Of a stretch of DNA of 64,000 nucleotides, positions 54,951 to 64,000 are shown piece after piece. The notes under the pieces were generated by a model. The model did no database searches and was not told where the DNA came from. It worked only from the letters and a program-made list of their open reading frames with translations. The DNA is from the human T2T-CHM13v2.0 reference genome, Homo sapiens. Each line of letters begins with the position of its first letter. Position 1 is the first letter of the stretch. Location: NCBI RefSeq assembly GCF_009914755.1, contig NC_060933.1, one strand, 5' to 3'. A program made the translations under genes and the position numbers.

Positions 54951-55429
54951 TCCTGCATCACCTGTTAAAAACCAACTACGTAGCAGAAAGTTGAAGATCA
55001 TAGTCATTTTACATTGTGGCTTGAGATTAGGACGTGTGTTAATGGGGAAGATGCGGGGGCAGAGATGACAGTGAATAACAAAATCAATCTTGTGGAATTA
55101 TGAGCATTAGAAAAATGTTCTGAACACTTAGCAACTGGCCTGTTGTAGGTGTCCAGTAAATGTTAGCTATTATTACCCACAGATTACATAACACGAACAC
55201 ACATCATTTAGTGAAGTGGGAGGTTTGATTTGCAGGTTTAACTAGGGTAGAGTGAATTCTCCCATTACTCTTTCTGTTGCACACCCAGATGGTAAGTTCT
55301 GGTGAAGGCCACCTGTGAGTCCCTGCAGGCCCTGACTGTGAGGTGAGAGCCAGGGGCTGGCCTAGAGCCACAATTCCTACCCCAGCCTCAGCCCAGAAGG
55401 CATCCAACCCAGAACACACCTTTTTTCTT

Positions 55430-55950
55430 GGGGAATGAACCCTACAATAACCTCTGCCCTTCATATTTTAAAATCTCCCTTTCCATAGGGGTGGGCTCCC
55501 AGCAACCATCCTGGTCCTGTGTGCTCCCTCCACCACCATAAACACAATTGATTGGATTAGGTGCGGACACCTGACTCAAGCTGATCCAATCAGATTTTCT
55601 TCTTTGGGCAATTTGGAACTTGAACTTGAACCAAGTCAGCCTCTATGCGGCTGGAAATATGAGACATAAATATGGGAGATGTGAATCAGAGCAGCAGCAG
55701 AAAACTCCAGTCCTCTAAAAGAAAAAAGAGAAGAATGAGTCACAGAAGGCTTCCAGTTTCTGGCTCTAATCCCCTCCACAGGCACAGTTACATTAGTGCC
55801 TTTATATTTTGTAAGATGTTTCTGGGTTCTTAGAATTTATGCCCTTTTTCTTTTTTTTTTTTTCGTTTCTTTAAGCCAAGTTGACTGGTTTCTAGGTTGT
55901 CAGTTTTTTGTTTTGTTTTGTTTTGCAATTAAAACATCAAAACCTATACA
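55430..55950 (+). mobile_element. Old ERVL LTR (LTR16/LTR33-like)
   Basis: tgattggattaggtgcggacacctgactcaagctgatccaatcagatt. Confidence 0.6.
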
Positions 55951-56201
55951 GACACTGAAAACATGGTAAATCTCAACCTCCTATTGATTGTAACAGAAGA
56001 ATAAAGGTGAGGCCAAAGCAACTGCTATCAAGCTTGAGATCAGCTTCCATACCTCTCCCCAAAGCAAAGCCATGTGCAGGGGAGAGGATGTCTATTACAT
56101 GTGGGTGACCAGAGTACTTAGGGCAGCACAAAGTGGTAGTGGAGAGGAGGGGAGGGAGAGCTGGATGTAAGAGGCTCCCCCAGATAATCTGCCATGGCTG
56201 T

Positions 56202-57076
56202 TGCATTCGTTTCTGCCTTCATCCATTTGGTGTTGCCATAACAGAATTCCTGAGACTGGGTAATTTATACAAGAAAGAGGTTTATTTAGTTCACAGTTCT
56301 GTTAGCGGGAAAGTCCGACAGCATGGCACTGACATCTGCTGAGCTCTGGCGAGGGCCATGGGCTGCTTCACTTTCAGTGGAAAAGCAGAAAGGCCAGTGG
56401 TCACACACAAAGAGGCAGGCAAGAGGGGCTGGGCTCACCTATAACAATCGCTCTCTCTGGAACTATTCCCTGCATAGTGAGAGAGGTGATAGCAGCGTTA
56501 CTCCAGGACCCAAACGCCTCCCTCTAGGCCTCTCCTCCCAACGCTGCCATCAGGGGAATCAAATGTCAACATGAATTTTGGTGGGGGCAACCCACGTCGA
56601 AACCATGGCAGTTTTCTCGGACTGACATAACAAAATGCCACAAGGTAGATGGCTTAAAATATTAATAATAGAAATGTATTGTCTCACAGTTTTAGAGGCA
56701 AGAAGTCTGAAATCAGTGCCACACGGGACATGCTCTCTGAAACCCAAAGGGGAGGATCCTTCCTTGCCTCTACCTGGCTCCTGGTGGTGGCCATCAATTC
56801 TTGGCATTCCTTGGCTTGCAGCTGCATTGTGACAACTTTTGTCTGTGTCATCAAATGGGGATCTCCCTGTGTGTCTCTGTCTTCCCATGGGTGCTCTCCT
56901 GTGTCTAAATTTCCCTTTTCTTCTAAGGATTCCGTCATTGGATTAGGGCCCACCTTAATGACCTTATCTTAACTTGATTACATCTGCAAAGATCTAACTC
57001 CCAAAAAGGTCACACTCACAGGCACCAGGTGTTAGGACTTCAGTATTTTTTGGAGGACACAACTCAACTCACAGCA
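56202..57076 (-). mobile_element. MLT1C LTR, split by an MST-like LTR
   Basis: 12-bp terminus at 56202-56213; remainder 56611-57076. Confidence 0.82.
56214..56610 (-). mobile_element. MST/MLT1A-like solo LTR
   Basis: tccatttggtgttgccataacagaattcctgagactggg...aaaccatggca; TSD gtttc/gtttt. Confidence 0.85.
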
Positions 57077-57114
57077 GTGGTCACAGGGAAGAGGAACTAC
57101 TGCTACTCACTGCG

Positions 57115-57570
57115 ACGCTTATCATTCATCCAGGAAAACAGAAATCATGCTGAGAGTTTAAAGCAGAGGGGATTTGGTGCAGAGAAGAGGTAACAGGTGA
57201 TAGGGAGGCTGAGAAGCCAAAGAGGAGGCAGCATACAACCCAGAGATTAGCAAGAGCAGAAAGCTGCTGCCATGCCTCAACTGCACAGACAAATTGAATG
57301 TCAGGGTTAGGCAAGACTTGGGGCCTGGGTCACCTACTAAGTGGAAATGAGGACCATGGCAGCTCTGTCAGGAGGAAATTGGAGCCAGGCAGGAGGAGAG
57401 AAAGAGGATAGAAATACCTGGGCTTCTTTCATCCTCCCACCCTCCAATCTCCTGCCAAGGCCTCAACAGGCCAGAGATCTGGCTGACACCGGAGATTGCA
57501 GGGATGGCCTCCTGACACACAGAGAGAGCAAGGATTGGGAGAGAATAGAGCTGAGGGCAAGCAGCCCAGG
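57115..57570 (-). mobile_element. Old ERVL LTR (LTR40/41-like)
   Basis: ccaggaaaacagaaatca...acaggtgatagggaggctgagaagccaa...ctccaatctcctgcca. Confidence 0.55.
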
Positions 57571-58534
57571 CCTGGCCTAATATCCACTGTGCATGAGTCT
57601 TTAAAGTCTCACAACTTAGGATGTGAGAATTACTGTTCTAATCTTACAGAGATGCCGAGACTGTGAGAGTGTCAGTAGCTCACTCCAGAGCGCCAGCTCC
57701 GAGATCCATTCCAACTTGGGTCTGCACATGTGGTGGCTCTAGGGGCTGTGGCTCCTTCCCCTCCACGTTTGTAGGTTCCATTCTGATTCCTTCTTGCCTC
57801 TATCTGTGCTGTCCCTAAATACACAGGCCCCATACAAACAAACCACATGAGGGAAAGCCCTCCTGTAAGGGACCCAGTGGACAAGGACAGACTCAACAAC
57901 CACTGGGTCACCATCGATATTTCCTCTCTTGCCCTTTGGGCTTTTGCTCAGATCTCAGGCCATACCTGCTCCCTCTCTGACTGCCCCTCTCCCTCTGTGA
58001 CCTGGCCCTGTAAACATCCTAACCCTGCTTCCCTGGTGAACTTCTTTTTCATCCTCGAGACCTTATCCTAGTCAACACGTTTTCCAGGAGGCCTTCTCTG
58101 GCCCCTCAGACCAGCCCACCATGTGCCCCTTGGCTGCAGGCAATTCCTCTTTCATTATCCTCATGCGCTTTGTGATTTGGGGCCTGGTGGGACAGTCTGC
58201 TGAACCATTCATTCATGGGTGTTCTGTGGTTCCATTTCTTCATTTCTACCAGGTGCCTGGCTTTGCATTCCTTTGCTGCAGGGATTTTTCCAGAGAGAAA
58301 GTGGAAGCTGAAGGAAGACATTGTTCTTCATGTAAAACACCCAGTCCTTTGCAGGCAAAGCAAAGGGTGAGAGCCCTTCCTTCGATGACAGGAAGAGAGG
58401 AGAGAAATTCTCAAGGTGGATGACGGTAGACAGATGCTGAGCTTAGCAGAGACCAGACTGAAATGTAACCAAGTGTTAGTGGAATACTTTTCCCCTGAAT
58501 ACATTTACTAAAAATTCAGCCTTTTAAACAATTT

Positions 58535-58660
58535 TTTGTTTTGAGTTGGTGTCTTCCTCTGTCACCCAGACTGGAATACAGGGACACAATCATGGCTCAC
58601 TACAGCCTCAAACTCCTGGCCTCCAGAGATCCTCCCACCTTGGCCTCCCAACATGCTGGG
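58535..58660 (-). mobile_element. Truncated Alu monomer (FRAM/AluJ)
   Basis: Right-arm text; TSD ctttt(a/t)aacaatttt. Confidence 0.85.
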
Positions 58661-60719
58661 CTTTTTAACAATTTTAAGTCATATGTTGACATGGCTGCTG
58701 TTAAGAATATGACAGATGATAGAGGAAAGAAATTGGACAATTAAGTGCCCAGTCTCCTATTAGAAGTTGGACAAGAGTACCTACTCCCCTATCATCCAAG
58801 GGTGGCTCAGGCCCTATTCTGCAGACCACCCCCTCCCCTCCCTGGTTAGAGCCTGCCTGTGTCTCCGACAGAAGTGTGCCTAGGGAGCTGTGAATATTCC
58901 TCAGAGAGATGGCCAAGGCGTGCACCTGAGGACGCCAGGGCCTTGTCATGGACTTTCCAGCTCAGGTGGACATTCATATACCCACAGGTCACACTGACAC
59001 AGCAGAACACACTGAGCTGCCTCACATCTTGGCCTGCTTGCCCATCTGGAGACTGAGGTAAAATAGAGATGTTGGCAGCAGCTATGATGGACCAGAAACC
59101 AGAGGCCCTTCCTGTGTTTTCAGAATCCTCGTGAAGGCCCTGGGCTTCTGGTGCAAAACTAGGAGTTGGAATTTCCTGCTGCCCTGGCAGGATGAGAGCT
59201 TAGAGTCAGCTTTGACTTAAAGAAAACAAACAAAAGTGTGTATTTTTGCACATGAATTGTTGACTGAGGTTCATGCCCACACGATTTGTTTAACGTGTGA
59301 CTTTTCCAAGTCCCTGACAGCCAAGACTGCCTGAACTCACGGCCCAACGCCCCAACGCATAGTAAGTGCTCGGTCAATATTTCCTGAGTCGAGTGAATGG
59401 GTAGTTTTGGAAGTCAAATCTTGGAAGAGCATTTCTCTGTTTCCTCCGGGCAGACCCTGCAGGCATCAGCTCCAGGAGGCATTCGTCCTGACGGTCCCCT
59501 AAACCCTGCTGACACATGAGCAGACACTGCACAACTGCACTGGCGGTTTCTGTCCAGACAGGCACTCCCTCTGTGGTGAGAAATACCTCTGAAGTTGCCT
59601 AGCATCTTGGGGCTCCTTGCCCATCTTTAGAATTTTCAAGTGCCCCAAGCTATTGTGAATGTGTTCAATGTTTATATTCCAAGCAGCTTGAATCTATGCC
59701 TTGCAAAAATGCAAGTTGGAAAGTTAATTCATTCCTTTATGTCAAGGTAATTGCAGTTTCACCCTAATCCTCTCTTGTCAAAGACATTTCTACAATGCAG
59801 GGAGTTATCTTTTACAAGAGACACTTCAAGGTGATTTAATAACAACACTTGCTATGAGTCACATTTTCCCTGTAGTCATCTACTCTTCAGCTTGGGAGAG
59901 CAGGGCTTCAAGTACAGAAGAGAGAAGGCATTTGGCTAGTCACATAACCCACTTACACACGCTCAGCCAAATGTACACCTTCAAGAGAAAAAGAAAGCCC
60001 TAATGAGCACTTGTGGTAACTAAGGTGCTAAACGAGATCTTTCCAAGCAATGCTATTTTTGTTTGTTTGCTTTAGGGCAAGCTATATTCACTCAGTGCTT
60101 TGAAACTTAAGACACGTATGAATTTCATGACTGCGGACAAAGAGGAAATTTGATATGGAGATTAATTATTAATTCAACATTTACTGAGCCCCTACTATGA
60201 GCTGTGCTAGGGGCTTGGCTACAACAGCACACAGGCTTGCCTGCCAGCTGCCCTCACCAAGCTAGTGGTCCAGCAGGACTGCAGATGTCAAACAAATAAC
60301 AAAGGCCAAAGATGTCTCTTTCTCTCTCTGTCTGTGTCTCTTTTAAATGCAAAACTATAAATTTATTTTATATACTCCTTTTTACTTCATCTGCATGATA
60401 AAAGGAATACAGATGTATTTTTTAATGTAACCAAATTCCCATCTCACTGCGCAGTAGGAAAAAGTCTACCCACTCCTCACAGTTTCTAGTTCTCCCCTCA
60501 CAGTGGAGCTCATCAAAAGGCAGAGGACATTGGCTGGGACGTGACCAGGTTTCAGGCAATTTGGGAGTGAAAGGCCAGCAGGCAGCTTTATCTTGAAGAC
60601 TGTTCAGCTCCACAGGGTGACAGATTCTCCCACCAACCATGTCTCTGTCAGCCTCAGCCCAAGAGAAAATTGAGCTGAATAAGAGAGGTCTCAGTGGAAA
60701 TTATATTGGAAAGACTCAC

Positions 60720-60731
60720 CATAATGGCTTC
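60720..60731 (-). other. Candidate 12-nt microexon GAAGCCATTATG
   Basis: Minus gttttgtttatgtatttttttCAG|GAAGCCATTATG|GTGAGT. Confidence 0.35.
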
Positions 60732-61363
60732 CTGAAAAAAATACATAAACAAAACACATTTTTCCATCCAAATTAAACAAGTAGGTCAAGAGGGCAACTT
60801 TGCCAAGTGCCACTTACTCCCACCTCCAGCTGGAATTTTCTGGGCATGCCAGCACTGGTGTTACTTGCCGTAGGCAGATTCTCTACCCATACTTACAAAA
60901 ATCCACACCAGCTACTTCTGATGGAGTTCTTAGCGTGCCTCTTTCAACTGGATTTCTAAACAAGGAACAATGTAATTGGCAGGTAATAACAGGCTAACAG
61001 GATTGTCTTAACAGATACTGGTGCCTTTTCAGTTCAGACTTTCACCAGCCAAGAGGTTCTATACAAAAGATCCACACATCAGAGCCATGTGATGAGAGGC
61101 CAAAACACTGGAGAGCTGTAACCCTGAATGAAGGAGTCAGGTTTACATATTGATTCAAAAAAAAATTGCTACTCTTATCCCTGTGTGACATCATGCTTTG
61201 AATATGATCATTGAAGATGTTACTTGGAGTGCAGCTACCTTGAACCCTCGGTGAAATGAAATGGGATAGAAAGGAGTAAGATTGTTGGGGGCTTTAACTA
61301 CCGTTCCACACTTTTGAAAGTTAGAAAAACAAAGAGCAACAGCAGCTGCCTCTGTGTTGGTAA

Positions 61364-61628
61364 TCATATTTTCCACCAGCAACTGGCTCCCATTGGTTGG
61401 AGCCAATCCTTTGCTGTAACAGAGGATCTAAGCTGCCAAGAGAAGGTCCTCATGTTCAGATAGAGCAATAGAGCGGAGCATTTGAAATGAGGAGCTTCAC
61501 ACCAGTCCCCTGTAGGTCTGAGTGCCTGAGGCTCCCTGCAATGCGTGCACACAGTCATTATGCTGCTCCACAGAAAGAGATGGGAGCTGGATGAGTCCTT
61601 CCCTGATGACTTGTATGAGCTAATGATC
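61364..61628 (-). other. Candidate exon (acceptor at 61628; open to stop at 61364)
   Basis: Long pyrimidine tract then tttccggTAG| on minus strand. Confidence 0.3.
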
Positions 61629-62959
61629 CTACCGGAAATAGAAAAAAAAAAGAAAAGAAAAAACACTAGTCATGTGATTTCAAGACAGTGACAAAAGCTT
61701 AAGCTGAGGTTGCCACAAAAGGTTGTGGGAAGGGGTGTGGTCTATAGGCATGGGTGCAGCCAGGGCTGAGAACGACTAGTTAGCTGAAAACAGCTGCTTT
61801 TCTTCACCAAAATATATGGGTGAATAATGCACCCTGTTTTCCAGGGGGATAATGCAAACAAGTGCTCTGTCAAGGTAATTTTTGTATTCCACAGGGATGG
61901 CGGGGCCATGTGGGGAACCACAGCTGTGGAGTGGGGATGTAGTATTGCTTAGAGCCAGGTGTGTGGGTCCCAAAGCAGATGTCAGTGCTTAAAATTAGTA
62001 GGAATGGGAGAGCCATGCCTAGATCTTTGCTCTGAGATACAGTCGTAGTACCCAAAAAAGAAGTTCCGGTAGTGGGAAATGTAGATTTAGAGCTGGGCTG
62101 TTTGACGGGAAGGCAGGGAATGGCTTATGCACCAGCAGAAAGCCAGTTTCCACCTTGCATATCCAGTGAGGTTGCCACAGGGCCATGACCTTCATTCCTG
62201 GGGTGCCCTGCCCTCAGCTCATTGGGTGTCTGTGTGGCTAGAGTTTGGTTCTGTGTGAGGAGCAACTTGGAGGGGGGAATGGACTTTAGCTCAATTCAAC
62301 CAACATGACTGTATATTCACTCGGCATCAGGTACTGGGATTTCAAAAAACTGGACATTGATGTAGCACACTGATAATGGAGCCAAAATCTAAACCACTCT
62401 GGAAAATCCAGGGTGACCACTGTACTTAAGTGCCACAAATAGCTATTTTGCATAATCAAAGCTTTGGGCTTGAAGGCTTTGTTCATGCTTTTGCTGCTCA
62501 CTCATGACCTTTCTCAGGAATTAGTGCTGCCATATGTTGGAGATTTACCTGTATTAGATTTTCACATGCATGAGACTCGATCCTTGGCTTCAACTCAGCA
62601 AATGTCTATCTCTCTAGGGCTTCCTATCCAAATCTTTCCAGTCTTTCAAATGCCTGTCTGGGAGAAGAAGAATTTTGGACTTTCAAAACAAAAGCTAAGA
62701 AAGGCCTAGTGAGCCCCAGTGGTATGAACCCATCCTGTGCTCATTCGCATTCTACTCAGACTTTCTGCCATAGCAATCTGTTTGTTGTAACCCAACCACA
62801 CTTCTAGCAAAAGGTAACATTTGGGGACCCTGCTCTAACAAATTTAGAGTAACCCAATTCCATGTTTTCTGCACTGAGCAACATGTACAACTATCACCTT
62901 GAAAATTATGCTGGATCTCAGTTACTGAGTCACATCTGTCCGAGATTAGTAGCCCCGAG

Positions 62960-63090
62960 GGCTGGGATGCTTAGTGCTAGTTTCATATTAGAATCATCTG
63001 AGAAGCTTGAAAAAGTGTTGGTACCTGGCACCCCACCACCAAAGATTCTAATTTAATTGTTCTTGGTTGGGACAATGTTTTCTTTTAATC
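62960..63090. mobile_element. MER5-like fragment
   Basis: tattagaatcatctgagaagcttgaaaa...ccccacc...agattctaatttaattg. Confidence 0.6.
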
Positions 63091-63491
63091 TTTGCTAGGC
63101 TTCATAATATTACTGCTAATCAGTTTTAGAGAGTGAGTGCTTATAACCAAACTCCCAGCCTGGTTTACTACAGCCCCTGTATTTCCTCCTTGATGCCATT
63201 TAGCAACGACCCATGGACTTTTGATGACTGGACATCTTTAGTTCTCTGGATGGAAATCTGAAGATGAAGGAGACCTTCTGTGCCAAATAGAAGCCTGAGA
63301 TTTTTAGTGAAACTAACATACGTCATCTGGTCTTCGTGAAACGATTCTGAGGTTTCTAAGAATTTCCCACAACACTGAAGATTGGTGGCTTAGAGTTTAT
63401 TGACCCCCAAAGAAAAGGGTATGTTTGACTGTGAGATACAGTTGTCCTTGCCATTTTCCAGATATTACCCACTGTCTTTGTATTGAATTAC

Positions 63492-63628
63492 CTTAAAAGT
63501 ATTGACTCATAGAAGCAACCCACATGGTTAAACCCAACTTTAATCCAAAAGTCTTGGTCATCAACAAGGTTTTCTCCAACTATAGAAAAATGTGCTCCCC
63601 AAATTTGCCACATTCTCATTCTCTCCAT
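63492..63628 (-). other. Candidate 137-nt exon starting with ATG
   Basis: Minus tttgtttcttttttgtTAG|ATG...AAG|GTAATT. Confidence 0.35.
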
Positions 63629-63712
63629 CTAACAAAAAAGAAACAAACTCTTCATTGTCTGGCCCACTTGGATCTTTTTATCTCAAATAATTTTTTAAAA
63701 AATGCTTATGTT

Positions 63713-63999
63713 GGCTTGGCTTAGTGACTCATGCCTGTAATCCCAGCACTTTGGGAGCCCAAGGCAGGAGGATCATTTGAGTCCAGGAGTTTGAGACCAT
63801 CCCGGGGAACATGGCAAAACATTGTCTCTAAAAAAAAAAAAAAAAAAAGCCAGGAATGGTGATGCATAGCTACAGTATCACCTGAGCCTGGGAAGTTGAG
63901 GCTGCAGTGAGCCAAATCGCACCACTGTACTCTAGCCTGAGTGATAGAGTGAGACCATGTCTCAAAAAAACAAACACACAACAACAAAAAATCCAAAAA
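63713..63999 (+). mobile_element. AluJ with a right-arm deletion
   Basis: Left arm, long A-linker, shortened right arm, A-rich tail. Confidence 0.92.
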
Positions 64000-64000
64000 C

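Overview
Primate (human-like) non-coding genomic DNA. I see no recognisable protein-coding gene, CpG island, RNA gene or CRISPR array. By eye, about half of the window is transposable-element fossils: about 15 Alus; several L1 fragments; many MIR/L2 pieces; a dense set of MaLR/ERV LTRs (MER11, MER39, THE1B, MER50, a two-LTR THE1 provirus, many MST/MLT); and a ~2 kb Ricksha (Mutator-like) DNA transposon carrying an ERVL LTR and a decayed FLYWCH zinc-finger. Many supplied ORFs are read-throughs of these repeats and the rest look like chance. Structure not explained by repeat families: (i) hairpin scars resembling snap-back templated insertions (best at 28776-28836); (ii) two short non-TE segments each duplicated 2.1-2.4 kb away; (iii) a THE1 provirus whose two LTRs differ in R/U5; (iv) exon-like units with strong splice signals, including a 12-nt minus-strand microexon and a phase-compatible two-exon 133-aa ORF near the right end. 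Family names are recalled from consensus sequences, not from a search. I cannot support a wholly new biological system; these leads are hypotheses.
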